The translations under genes were made by a program, and so were the position numbers. The notes under the pieces were generated by a model. That model did not search any database. It saw only the letters and a program-made list of their open reading frames with translations, and was not told the origin of the DNA. 64,000 bases of DNA from Macrostomum lignano (taxonomy: Eukaryota): NCBI GenBank assembly GCA_002269645.1, contig NIVC01000247.1:1-64000 (forward strand), in the 5' to 3' direction. Within the stretch, counting starts at the first letter, position 1. Each line of letters begins with the position of its first letter. This document shows, in pieces, positions 49,901 through 63,295 of the stretch.

Positions 49901-50109
49901 AATAACGAAACCACAAAAGTAAATGATCATATTATTATTTTATTCCAATTTGCAGCGCACAGAGTCGACTAAAATTTGAGCAGTGCCAGCGAAGTGTGTT
50001 TCATTTATTCATTTTGACTAATCAAATTGCAGCTCTTGACAGCTCCAACAAAGCCTCAGCAAAGTCTCATTAATCAACACGATGACTGACTAACTGGCTC
50101 AACAGGCCT

Positions 50110-50844
50110 TCACTTAGCAGCGCTGGTGCTCTCGCGCATAGAGTGGGAGCGGGACCGCTTCCTCTCCGCCTTTCGCTCCCTAGCCTCCTTGGCCCGCTGG
50201 CCAATCAGCTTGGCGTACTCGGCCGCCTCTTCGCGCTTCTTTGTGGCGCGCCGGCGCTTCAGAGCCACGCGATGGCGCTTGCGCTGCAGCACAATCGGCG
50301 TCACCAGGCGCTGGATCTTCGGCGCCTTGGTGCGCTCCGGCTTGCCCTCCTTGGTCTTCTTCTTCTGCCGGATCACGTAGGCCCTGACGTCGTCTTTCTT
50401 AGTCAGCTGGAACATCCGCCGGATGTTGGAGGCCCGCTTCGGGCCCAGACGGCGCGGCACGGTGGTGTCAGTGAGGCCGGGGATCTCGCCGGGGCCTTTG
50501 TGCACAATCACCAGGCTGAGCACGGACAGGTTCGAGTCCACGATGCAGCCGCGCACGGATTTGCGCTTTCGCTCGCCTGTCCGGCGCGGCTTGTAGCAAG
50601 AGTGTCCGGCGGACAGCAGCAGGCGGACGCGGCCATTGGTGAGCACGCCCTGCTTCATGGGGAAGCCCTGTTTGTCGTTGCCGCCGCTGATGCGGACAAC
50701 GTAGCCCTTCCACTCCTCGCCAAGGCTGTCAGCTGGCACCTCGGCCGACATGCGCTTCTCAAAGAACGGCGTCAGCTTTTTGATGTCGTCAACTTCGAAG
50801 CATTTCTGCGATCCGGCAGTCGGGAAACTGACGTTGATCTTCAT
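50110..50844 (-). CDS. RPS6: 40S ribosomal protein S6 (eS6), intronless, 244 aa
   Basis: [14 protein letters not shown]...[24 protein letters not shown]...[16 protein letters not shown]...[10 protein letters not shown], with C-terminal serine cluster [18 protein letters not shown] on the minus strand at 50004-50009. Confidence 0.98.
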   Translation of the reverse strand: MKINVSFPTAGSQKCFEVDDIKKLTPFFEKRMSAEVPADSLGEEWKGYVVRISGGNDKQGFPMKQGVLTNGRVRLLLSAGHSCYKPRRTGERKRKSVRGCIVDSNLSVLSLVIVHKGPGEIPGLTDTTVPRRLGPKRASNIRRMFQLTKKDDVRAYVIRQKKKTKEGKPERTKAPKIQRLVTPIVLQRKRHRVALKRRRATKKREEAAEYAKLIGQRAKEARERKAERKRSRSHSMRESTSAAK

Positions 50845-50861
50845 GGTCGGGCAGCATGAGG

Positions 50862-50915
50862 GTTTAAGAAAGAGAGTAGCAATGTGAGGGTAAGAGAGAG
50901 AAGATATCTTGGAAC
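50862..50915 (-). promoter_or_regulatory. Pyrimidine tracts upstream of RPS6 (candidate 5'TOP start)
   Basis: Minus strand TCTTCTCTCTCTTACCC and CTCTCTTTCTT, 20-65 nt before the ATG. Ribosomal-protein mRNAs typically begin with a TOP tract. Confidence 0.4.
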
Positions 50916-53619
50916 CACTCTTTTCTTGGAAGTTTTTTTTACAGTTTTTTGACCCGTTTTACTCAGTTTTGTATTGGAGACAACTTGGATCTTGAAAAAT
51001 TCTCACTTAGGCATATGTAATTATTTACTTTTTAGTTACTTCTTAAGTGGTAGAAGCAGAATTTTCCAATTGACTTCTTCATCAATCGTTCACACAGACC
51101 CCTATTCACTCCAACAGACCAAAACAATATATAAAAAAAATAATTATAGTCGTGTAAATAGCATCATTTTCGCTCTCGCGTGCGCGTGAACTTATGTGTT
51201 TTATGCTCAGTGTACAATCGCTAGTGTACATTGCAAAATCAAATATAAAATATCTTGCTTGGCTTTAGCCACTTCGTGTTTTCTCGGACTAGCTCAAACC
51301 TGCCCTTTGCTTATTTTACAGTCGATTATTGTTAAAGTCTAAAACCTTAAATCCTTAACAGTATAACTAAGGCCTGTCTGTTGAGTTCAGCTTAACTAAT
51401 AATGAAACTCAACTAAACTAAAATTTACTGGAATGCGGGGTGAAGACTCGCGCTTTGTCAGGTGGCAACCCAGATATAAATCCAATCACCACTCGGCAAC
51501 TGTATTGATCCAGCCTATCTTAGAGAAGTCTCCCAGTATTGATGGACCAGAGATGACCTACAATGATGCTTTTGAGTCTGTAGAAATCTCACTATGAGCC
51601 ACAGAAGGTTGAATGGGAAAATTTCTTATTGCCTCCGACACAAAAAGTGCACTTCCTACCCATGACATACCTTGCTTGCAAGACAAGCATAGCTCAGCTT
51701 TGTTGAAGTGTGAGTACTTCTGTATTCAATATATGGTTCTATGACAATTGAATTAGGTTCTAGATTAGGCTCAGGTACTTAATTACCTAAGTGACTCCAC
51801 CATTCACCCCCTACAAAGACTACATACTTATTTCTACTTATGGAGGTAAGATTTATACCCATATGAATTACACTTGTACAAGGCCAGGCCTCAGCCTCAA
51901 TATATTAATGCTCAGTGCCCATGAAATAGGAGATACGGAATAGCAAATGCTATTATAGTATAAAATAATATACATAATTTTGATTTTGATAAATGTGCTT
52001 CTTGAAATTTTGTTGTTGAAGTTTATATTGGCTGCTAACAAAAGTTTTGTTTTTCCTCATTTAACAAGCATGAGTATGTGTTTATGCAATTACAATAAAG
52101 CTTTAATCTTAATATATTGCAATAAATCATATTTTAGCTGAGATTTTAACTAAATTCATTTCTTGCAGCCTCTGCTCCCTGTCAAATTGAACGTTAACAC
52201 TTGGTTGCTATCAATTAACTCGACCCAGTCCATTTTGTGTCAATCTGGCTACTTAACTTGCTAGATTTGTTTATGTATGAAGGTTGTATGTCCTTATGAA
52301 AAGTGGTGCTATCAGTTCTTTGCAGCAAGGATAATAGTAGGCATGTTGAAAATTTATTTTAAAAGACCTTGTAGTAAATAAAATGCATTTTATAATGAGT
52401 AGCTCTAGATTGCTTTTAAAGATAGTGATAGTTTAATAATCTGAATAGTAAAAACTTGAACTTTTAATAAAGTATTAATAATAAGGTCATTATCCTAATA
52501 GTTTCTGCAATATTATGAGTTATTAGGGCATTAAAAATTGTAGCATTCTCAAATTTTAAGTACATGATATATGATTGAATCTTGAATATGTAGTAAATTT
52601 TATTGTGCACCTACTAAAAAATTGCATTGCTTCAATAAAAGTAAAATTTAATTAGTAACTATTACTTATACATTAGTTATTAGTCAATTGGTGCCCATGT
52701 TTATCCAATGCGACCTGCACTTCTACGTCTGATATTTAGCCTTAGGCTTGATGGAAAAAGCCAGCACCTACGTGACAATTATTTAACCGCATGCAACTCA
52801 TCATTCATTTGCTCAATTGTGTGTCATTAACTTTGTGAGATCCTTTTACTGTAAATCTTGCAGTCCTGATTATGGCTGAAGGTATCTTTAAATTCTGCAA
52901 GCCGTTTTGCTCTGATGCCCCAGTCGTTTGCCCTGCTCAGGTCTAGCCACTTTGGCTCTAGGCCTTGTCTTCAGCAGAGGGCATCTGAGGTGAACCGTCC
53001 CCATTTTTGTTCTGACCAAGCCCCCAAGCCTGGGAAAATTTGTGAGGGCACCTGTCCAGCCTTTTCCCAGTGCCATTTGTCTTGTGCAACTCCCCATAGA
53101 GATCTTAGTTTAACTAGGTCACTATGCCTGTATCTATCTGCTATCCTAGCTTTAGTAAAAGGAGCTACATATGTCCTTTACTATTATTCTTAATTTTCTA
53201 AACTACTGTTTATGCGATTGTTCAGTCCCCTCTCTCTCTCTAACCGCCAACCTATTTATGTGAGCCGTGTAAGGTGCCCCATTCATTCATTTTGATTTTG
53301 GACCCCTGCCGCGTGGTTATCTATTTTATGACTCCTTGATTCATGCGCCCACCCCAACTTCGTATGCCACCTTAGAGTGCACAAGGGGTGATGGCTCAAT
53401 TCCAGTGGTTGAATTTTTTTTCCTCTGGTTGGTTTGAAATTCCACTAGTTGGAATATCTTGTGCCCTATTTAAAGGAGCCTTTTCTAATTTTTCAATATT
53501 GCTGATCCGACCTACTAACTGAAGTTTTGGACAACTGCATTATGCTCCGCCACATGGACAAGCTTGTGCTATGAGTTCCAACAACCTGAATGATTCTACC
53601 AAGCTGCCGACCACCCGGA

Positions 53620-54110
53620 CACATTGGCTACCAACGAGCGAAATTGACACCCTGCGGGCCTACGCCGTCGCAAGCGGCATGGCACCAGCGCGAGACCGAC
53701 TGTGTCAGGCTTTAAACGTGGCCTTGCCTTTCTGCAGGCAGTCGATAAGGGCCGGGTTCAGGTGGATGCGCCATGGCAAGCCCTGTGCCGCCAAATGCCT
53801 CCGCCTGTCACTTGGGATCTGTTAGATGAAACCCTGTAGCACGCAGAAGAATGCTTGTGGCAAGGAGGACCCCGGCCAACCCTTGCCCTACTGCTGACCA
53901 TTGCGTATTGGGAGGCTGGCCACCTCCAGCAAGGATGGCTCCTGCGCCTGCAGCAATTTTGGGACGCTGCCATTGAACGCCACCTTGAGCGCCTGCATTA
54001 CGACGGTCAGCGGCTGCAGCTGCTCAGCGCGCTGCCCCAGCCAAGGCCTGTCCAGCCTGACCCTAGTGCCCCTGCTTGCCGAGGCTGGCTGGTGACGCGG
54101 GGCTAGCGGA
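53620..54110 (+). pseudogene. Disrupted GC-rich coding relic, possibly tyrosine-recombinase-like (DIRS/Crypton type)
   Basis: A frameshift and a stop interrupt TLRAYAVASG...QAVDKG...PPVTWDLL...TLALLLTIAYWEAGHLQ. The resemblance to YR pre-box I/box I is weak and judged by eye. Confidence 0.25.
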
Positions 54111-56340
54111 CCTGAATGACGACTGGAGGCGTTTGTCGACTGTTGCCTGCTCCCCCGGCCCCCCGCGCCTGTGGTAGGCCAGTCTACCACTGGGGTTCAG
54201 GCAGTGGTTGGCAACAGTGCAACGTCTCCCTCCGGAGGAGTGACAGTTGACATCACTGATGGCTCCCCTGAAGGATTATTAACTTTCCCTTGGTTGTTCC
54301 CACCTTTGTTCACCCTGCTGTTCTTTCCCTTGGTCCCACCTTTGTTTTAATGTGTTTTCCCGGGTTTTGCCCCCCTTTTTCCAGCTTGTGCCCCACCTGG
54401 TGTTTCCTTTTTTGTTCTCCTCCTTGATATATGCGAATTTTTTAATATATAAAACTGTTTGCCTATTGCTCTTTTTTTTCCTTCTTTAAGCCCTCCTCCA
54501 CCTCTGCCTTCTTCCCTCCTTCCCTGTGTATCATCTTTTGTGGAGTTAACACTCAATTACTTATTGGAATTTGCGTAGCATTCTAGCTTTTAGTTCCTCA
54601 ATCAACTCTCGGCACGCCGAGTCACTCTGTTCTAGGAGGACTTTATTAATTAATATTACGACTAATAACTCCTAATAAGCTTGCTTCTATTACTTATTTA
54701 CCTTGCACGAAAATAATAACAACAAGCTATTTGGGCAATAATTATTCATTTATTCAGTTGCTCTTAATTGAAGCATTTTAGTCTCTATTAAATCATTTGC
54801 CCGCAGGACATGAAATAACCAATTAGTCTCAACTCAAAGAAAGCTCTGAGACTCCTATTGTTCCATAACACGAAATTACGGTAGTGACAGTGCTACTTTA
54901 CTACTGAAAGTAACAAATCGAGCATATTGACAGATCACAAATTTTACGGTGTCTGAGGACCAAATTTGAACGACTGTGCTGCTAAAAGACTGCTTGACTG
55001 TGATTTACAACTACCCTCCCCCCGGAATTGAGGACCTTGGCAGACGGAATAACCAAGGATAAGAAACAGTGCATCAACTTGAGAAATTTGCTGGCTTTAC
55101 GAGTGCTGAGACAATGCAGGTGGCAATTCAAGCATAAGAAACCCAAACATTTCCCTTTTCTTCTCTACCCCACCTCACTATTATTGTCATTTGTGTGTCA
55201 ACTTTTGTAATACATTTTTCACTGAAGCATTCATAATCATTTAATTTTTTGCATGCCTTACTAAATTACTAATACCTGTTTTAATAGTTTATATAGTGCT
55301 GAAATAAATCCTTTCTGCTTTTTATATTTATATCCTTTCTGATATAAATCATGTATTCTATTCATTTTATTTTTCTTATTATTGCTATTAACAAGACAAT
55401 TAATTTATGAAACAAACCAATTAATTATTATTTGTCTATATGTATACATTTGCCTTAATTTGAAATATATTTTTAGTTAAAAATTTATCTGGCATATTTG
55501 CTAAAACCATATATATATACAAGTAAAAATATACAAAATAAAACCAACTTGGAACTTGTTTTTGTACCATGCTTTTTGGCCTCTATTGAAGGCTAATTCC
55601 AATTCTAATATAAGTTAGCCTTGTTCATTTAAAGGTATGCTGTCCTTCTCTCCTTTTCCCAGGGATGCTCCAATTCCATTAGCAATATGCAGTTTTCTCT
55701 CCTATCCCCAAGAACATATAGCTCCTTTTCTTGGTAATTTGGCCATCTTTTCCCTTTCTAAATTGAATAAGCATGCTGCATTTCCCCTTTCTTTATTAAC
55801 CTCAGACTTTTTGTCTAACTTGGTGCTCTGCCAACTGCTTTATCCAGACTCATTGTCTGCCTAAGCATTTGCCTATCCTTAAACCTTCTTTGGCTTCTCA
55901 TAATTAGGCAAACTGCCTCCTTGCCCTACTAAACTTTGTACTCTATACCCCATTTCCTTATTTAAGCGCCCTACTATCTATGCTAGCATTCTAGGCCTAT
56001 TAGATACTATAATTCCCTACTATCCCATTTGGTATCTAGTCAATCTGGCAACAAGACAATATGGCAACAGTCAATCTGGCAACAAATGACCTGGCGACAG
56101 ATATTAAATCAAACGTATAACAGCATATATATGGATTAGTTGAGCTAGGGCCTATTATTTTTAGCTCTTTATTATTACCTATTAATACTTAAAAAATTAA
56201 ATAAAAATTACATAAACTATAATTGTTGCAGTTATATTTTTACAGCTGTAAGTAGCTCTTGATTTTCAATATGTTTTTTTCAAAGACAATCAATCAATTT
56301 AATCTGCTTGGAAAGCAAGTTTCTATGACTATGATCAATA

Positions 56341-56960
56341 TCTCTACATATAAAAATCAAAACTCTGTCTGTGTGTCTGTCTGTCTGTCTGTCTGTGTGT
56401 CTGTGGACAATTTTGATCGCTATGGACTCCCAAACCGCTCAACCAAATGACACCAAATTTTACACCCACCCTAAACTCACTACGGAGAATGTCTTAGGCT
56501 ACCTTTAAATTTCCTAAATTTGAGTCTTCCTACCTAAAAGTACAAAAAACTGCTCAAAATGCGCGATTTTTTCACTAAATCCTCCATAGCGCCGTTCCAC
56601 TTTTACCAATTCTCTTCAAATTTGACACAGATAATCTTCAACTATTTTGGAACAATCATGTAAAATTTCAAGTTTCAAAGTTAATCCTGAACGGCGCTGT
56701 GCACTTTTAAAGTTAGGCTGCTTTTTTCAGTGTAGCAACCACCCCAACCTCCGCCCACCTGCCTCTCTTTCTTGATCCCGATCTGGGCCCAGATGTGTAA
56801 AAGGGTTTCAAAATTGACTAACTTTCAGCTACCATAAGTTTGCTCCAAATAAAGCAATTGACTTCAAACTTGACACAATTCTTCATTGACTCATTCTCTA
56901 TCTAAATGTAAAGTTTCAACTCTGTAACTCAACCGAAAAAGAAACTGTAAGCATGTGAAG
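56341..56960 (+). mobile_element. Non-autonomous Helitron-like (Lep1/DINE-1 style) 5' segment
   Basis: A|TCTCTACATATAAAAATC followed by (GTCT)n and CGCTATGGACTCCCAAACCGCTCAACC...AAATTTT. The 3' end was not identified. Confidence 0.55.
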
Positions 56961-57579
56961 TTTGTCTGCTTTTTCTGTTGTTTGTGCCACTCACTCACTC
57001 CACTCATTCCCCCCAGAGCCAGACGAAGGGTCAGGCGATAGGACTGAGTGTACATAGCAAATGTACAGTGTTTTGGAATAACTTTATTTATAGCCTTCTC
57101 TGCACCCCGAGAGTGGAGAGGCTACGTTTAGCCATAACAGTTTAGTGAGAAAAGAAAAGAAATTCTAACCACTTGCCCTCTGTATTGGCAAACTCTGCAG
57201 CACAGCAGTTTAACAGTGGATGGCAATTGGCAAATCGAGGGAATCCAGCATGGTGCAATCGCAAGGCGCTGCGATGCAATGCAATACAACCCTACTTAAT
57301 TAGGCACATCATGGAAATTTTAGGTTTCTCTTAAAGGTACTGTGTAAATTTTAAATGGCCTCCTAAGAAATGCGTATTTCCTTGGTTGTTGTTAGACTGA
57401 TGCAGACTGCAGTGGAGCTGAAGATACACAAATTCCTTTCCGGGCTGCAAATTGGCAAGAAAAATGACGTGATCAAAGCATGAGAACAACCATGAGAGTA
57501 CTACGTCCTACAAACTGGCTTTCCAAGCAGGGATGGGCAGACTTTTACCTCAAAGGCCAGATAAAGAATCCAGCTCATA

Positions 57580-58098
57580 GCTGAGGGGCAGATGAAAGTG
57601 GAAAGAAGAAGGAATAGATGATTCGAAGAGAGGAGAGGCGACAGAGGGGATAAAAGTAAAGATAAAAGATAATAGGAGAGATGAGGGGGTGAGGACGATG
57701 AGAGAGAGGGGGAGAAGAGGGGAGAGAGGAAAAGAGAGGAGAAATGAGAAATGAGAGATGAGAGATAAAGGAGAGTGGAGAGTGGAGAGAGAGAAGAGAG
57801 GGAGAGAGAGTATAGAAAAGGGAAGAAGACAAAAGAAAAAATGAGAAAGGAAAGTGAGGAGTCAAAAGAGGGGAAAGAAAAGAGTACAGAGGAGAGAGGT
57901 GAGAGAACATATAAGACAGAGATGCCAGATTAAAGAGGGGGATGAGAGAGCAGAGACGAGAGTGAACAGATGTAAGATGGGAGAGTAGAGAGAACAGAGG
58001 AGAGATAAGAGACGAGATTACAGAGACGAGAGGAGAGACAGAGGGAGAGGAGTGAGTGAGGAGAGAGGAGAGAAAAGAGGAAAATGGAGAGGGGAGAG

Positions 58099-58179
<81 letters not shown>

Positions 58180-58670
58180 GGGAGCAGAGAGAAATGAGAA
58201 GAGATAATAGGGAACAGATAAAAGAAGAGAAAGGAAAGATGAGAGAGCAAAGACGAGAGAGAAAAGAGGTGAGGGAAGAGACGAGAGAAGAGGGGGGAGA
58301 GGAGAGAGGAGAGAGGAAAGAAGAGATAAGAGGAGAGAGAGAGAGAAAAGAGTAGAGAGGAAAGATGAGGGAAGTAGAGGAGAGACTTAAGAGAAGAGAG
58401 AAAAGAATAGAGAGGAGAATGAAGAGATGAGAGAAGAGGGGGAGAGGAGAGAGGAGAGGAGAGAGAAAACGAAAAAGTAGAGAGGAGAGAGGAGAGGAGA
58501 GAGAAAAGAATAGACAAGAGATGAGATAAGAGAGATGAAAGAGAAGAGAGAGGGAAGATACGAGAGAGGAGAGACGAGAGACGAGGGACGAGAGAGAAGA
58601 GAGGAAACAGAAGAGACGATAGAAATTTTAAAGGATCCAAGGGATGTAGGGATGGGAGAGTCAAGGAGAG
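57580..58670. repeat. GA-rich low-complexity tract with a perfect (GA)n core
   Basis: (GA)n at ~58102-58176 within degenerate purine-rich sequence. Confidence 0.92.
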
Positions 58671-61029
58671 GCCAGAGTTTGCCAATACATGTTTTAGAGT
58701 CAGACAGACATTGTCTGACATTCTGCGCAGTACCCCAGCCAACAATATCTAATGTTTGCCTCAAATTCTAATTTTACACGAATGTGTCCATTTTATGTCT
58801 ACCTCTATCCTACTAACTATTAACAAGTTTTTGTTTGTATATGGCCTTAGATTTCAGCATACATGCAAAATTAGTTCCGGGGATTGGAATTCCCCCGGGT
58901 TCAAAATCTGCGGGTTTCAACAGCTTGTTGTTGTATATATTATATTTGCAACAATATTCGAGAGTCAAAGAACCAAAAAATTGCTATTTGCATAGCAACT
59001 TGTACATGTTATTTTTAACACGTACACGTAACCTGCATTTAACATAACAAATACTGCATGGATAATAGTAGTATATATAATAATAACATAATAATAATAG
59101 TATTAATATAAAAAATAATAAAAAGCTATAAATAATAGCTTAACTAATCCACATATATCATGATATACATTGATTTAATATCTGTCACCAGATCATTTGT
59201 CGCCAGATTGACTATCGCTAGATTGTCTGGAAGCCTCCTATTTCCCATTTCTAAGGTAAAAAGTTATATGTTTTTATATATAATTGTTTGTTTTGTATAT
59301 TTGCCCTATAGGAAAAAGTTATAAAAACAAGCTAAAGCCAAAGATGGCATCCAGTGCACTTTCAAAATTTTTCTAAAACACAGTGCACCTGCATCATGCG
59401 CCTTGCCCTGCCCTTTCTTACAATCTTACTGGCTGCTGCTCTAACAAATAAATATACATGGAAGAGGGTCTAATAGGCCTACTTTTGTGGAAGGGGCCTA
59501 TACACTAGTAAATTCTTGTAGGGCCTATAATGCTTAGAGATGTTCCAAAGTTTCAATTTTGATTTACCAAAAATTTGGAATTTTTAGAATTTAGCTTTAG
59601 GAGTGATTTTTTATTTAAATTAAGTAAGTAAAAATTTTGGAAGTGTGTAAGAGAGTAACTAAAAATAAACTAATATCTTATTTTTTGGTTCTTAGACAAA
59701 CCAGCACAAACATTTGCTAACTGCTGCTGTTATATGTAGACTCTACCAGTCTCTAACTTAAACTTAGGTAGGCCCTAGTCTAAGAGTAAGACTAAGTCTA
59801 GGAAATAATAAATACCTATTATCTTTTTCTAACTCATAGCTAGTTTTTGTACCTGCAGGAATGTCAATATGCATAGTACAGATATGAAGAAGCAAAATAA
59901 AAGAGTAAACGGCAAACACAGAATTTAATACGGCAGTCTGATATATTTAATGCGCTGTTATTTGCGTCGCCGCCGCCAGTATCTTAAACTTTAAATTTTT
60001 TTCTTCGGATCAAGCCAATTAAACAAATCTAAATTACGTCGTTTAATCCTAATACAATTTATTTTAATTAAGTACTTTATGATTTGAAACTTATTAATTT
60101 TTTTGTAGTTTAAATTATCTGTCTGGATCATTAGCCATAATCCGTTGTTCTACATGACGGTACCAAGCGAATAGCCACTTCCGACTGCATGCGTATTATG
60201 TTCTAAGCAAGAAATCCGTAGAAGTCCTAATAATGAGTGACATGAGATGCTCTCACATGCATGAGCCAGAGTTCACTTAAGTGCATGTACTCTTGTATAT
60301 TATATTTATCCGTGTTGGTAATTCCACAGCAAAAAAGTGCATTTTTACATTTGATACATACAAGCTGGACCCGAGGCCAGTGTAGTACATGTAACAACAG
60401 TAACTTCTAATTCGTCCTTGTATATTACATATGCATTGTAAGTGTACATGTACAGGTACATTCAGTATTGCGAATCAGCGGTATTTATACTCTAGCGTGG
60501 GTAGTAGTACATGTGAACGATAGAGTAGCATAAAATATATGCATGCAGTACATTACATCATAATGCTATGGGGTGATTATAAAAGGCAAGGTCGCGTAGA
60601 ATGCGAACACTCGCGTCTCTAAAGCAAAAGAATAATTATCAGCAAAAAGCATGCATTATATGTTATTTGTATGCGTGTTATGTGGACCTATTTGTAATTT
60701 TTTTGTATTTTATATTTTCTGGAAATCAATTGAGCTTGAAACATAATTACAGTAAATAGACATTTTTACTTCTGAATTTTTTGAGAAAAATTTAAAAACA
60801 AAACAAAATTTTGGAGAGTACATGTTGTTTTTAGCATGGTAAACATATACGAGTTTTAAATGTTTTTAACAACACTTTTAATATGTTTATGGTACATGGT
60901 TCTACACGAGAACCACCAAACATTTAAATTTTAATTTAGATTGAAATGAGGTACAACTCTTCGGCAATAACACATCGAGCGCACACTAAACCGTAACAAC
61001 TCCCTTTTCGTTTGACAAGTTTCCTGTGC

Positions 61030-61917
61030 TCAACCTCTACGCCGACAATTTTTCCGCTTGCACGACTTGTTGTGTGGGTTGTACGCGCAGCCGTAGGCGC
61101 ACAGGTACTTGCCGGCGCAGTTGCCACCGTTTCTGCCGTACCTGTTGGCCACCTGGTCCGCTGCTGAGGATCTTTTCTTTTCACTCTGGCACAACTCGCG
61201 ACAGTCGCTGCAAATTAGGGAAAGAGAAATTTGGGGATAATTTATCTGGACAACTTAATCAAGCTTCCACGAATAAAAGCAACCGGATTTCCCTCTCATT
61301 GCTTGGATCAAAGTGCACAGTTGGTTCAAACCTATTTCAAAACTGATTTGAACAATTCTTGAATGACTAATTGCTAAAGCTACGAGTACTAAGCGGTGAT
61401 ATAGACCCGATCTTAAAAGATCGGCCACTACGCTATAAACCATTACATTGATCAAGCTGACATTTTGTCAGCTGAGCGTACGCTCACACAGAGTGTACAC
61501 AGCGGCCCTGACTTTTTAATCGTCAAACATGTCCACTCTCTGTGCTATGGTGTTGGATTAAATTGAATTCGACAGCTCACAGAATCGAATCAGAGATCGT
61601 TAAAACGCTGCGCATTACCTGATAGCCTTAGCAATCAATCGATTTTTCAGCACATTGGCACCGCAGTGGTGCACCGCATTGTAGTTGCCCATGCAGTGAA
61701 AATATTTATCGCACTTCTTGCAGTTGGCTGAGACCATGTCTCTGTAGGCCTGAATCATTTTCCAGGCGGGGCAGCTGCTGGCAATCAAGCTGGGTCCGAT
61801 TGATCGCGCCAAACGCACTGGGCATCTGAAAATGCATCCGTAAAAGTCAAAGGCCGAGGACTGACCACACGAGACGGTCAAAAGAAGAACCACGGATGCT
61901 GCAAAGGCCAGCTTCAT
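61030..61917 (-). CDS. SAA: Secreted serum amyloid A-like protein, cysteine-rich, 158 aa, 2 coding exons
   Basis: Exons 61917-61619 and 61207-61030 (299+178 nt, phase 2, GT-AG). Signal peptide MKLAFAASVVLLLTVSCGQSSA. SAA motifs MIQAYRDMVSAN..DKYFHCMGNYNA, AKAISDCRE and SAADQVANRYGRNGG. Confidence 0.88.
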
Positions 61918-62024
61918 ATCTCTGCAAGATTAGCTAATAAGTTTGATTGAGTAGCAACGTAGGTCCTACAACACCAGCACTTTATGATACAAGACGACGG
62001 CTTTTAACCACATCTAGCAGGAGC

Positions 62025-62032
62025 TATTTATA
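62025..62032 (-). promoter_or_regulatory. Candidate TATA box for the SAA-like gene
   Basis: TATAAATA on the minus strand ~110 nt upstream of the ATG. Confidence 0.4.
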
Positions 62033-62409
62033 CTCAATTTTTAAGCCAACGAAAAGCTGAATATTGTAGAATAGCTACTGACATATCTCGGAGATGTAGC
62101 TCTCTTTTAATACATTCTCTCCCGGATTTGTCAAAGAGATGCTGCATTCAAAGAGATATGCGTTCGAATGAAGGATATGAAAACCGCTGCTTATAGATCT
62201 ATATAGCTCTATAGCTCTATAGCTACCACACAAGCCTGCTGTTTACTTCATTGTCTGAAGCAATTCTATTTATGAGAGCAGTTCTATTTTATGAAAACTT
62301 GCGCTGCAATTATACTGTGTAGGGTGAAACTCAAATGTAGAGTTGAGCGGTCAGGTCACAGTCTAAAATAAAAGCTCTCATTTCTAGCATAATGCATTGC
62401 AGTCCGTCT

Positions 62410-62995
<586 letters not shown>

Positions 62996-63295
62996 CTGAA
63001 GCCGACTGTAAAGACCTAGCTGCTTTGATGTGCGCTTTTTATCGTTCGCATTGCTTTAGCCTCACATGTACAAGCGTGTACAAATAGTTTTATTGAGTTG
63101 CCGAGCTGACTTCCTGTTAGCCAAGGTCTAAAAAGTAACTGCGAGCTATTGGCATTCAACTCAAAGGCAAATGCAGTACAAACGCTTTGCTTGGCTGAAG
63201 CATGCGGGCAGAAAGTAAGGATACAGCGTTTCGTGGATACGTTAGACTTACTCCGCAGTGATAATGAATTCAGAAGCAATTATTATCAACCGTCG

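Larger units (their letters stand above)
56031..59236. mobile_element. Putative non-autonomous TIR DNA transposon with nested insertions
   Basis: 56055-56112 and the reverse complement of 59170-59227 match at 51/58 positions. They are built of tandem CAATCTGGCAACA-like subunits. Confidence 0.65.

Noticed and set aside
60936-61184. 82-aa ORF MKRKDPQQ...
   Set aside because: It is an alternative frame overlapping SAA exon 2. The SAA frame explains the sequence.
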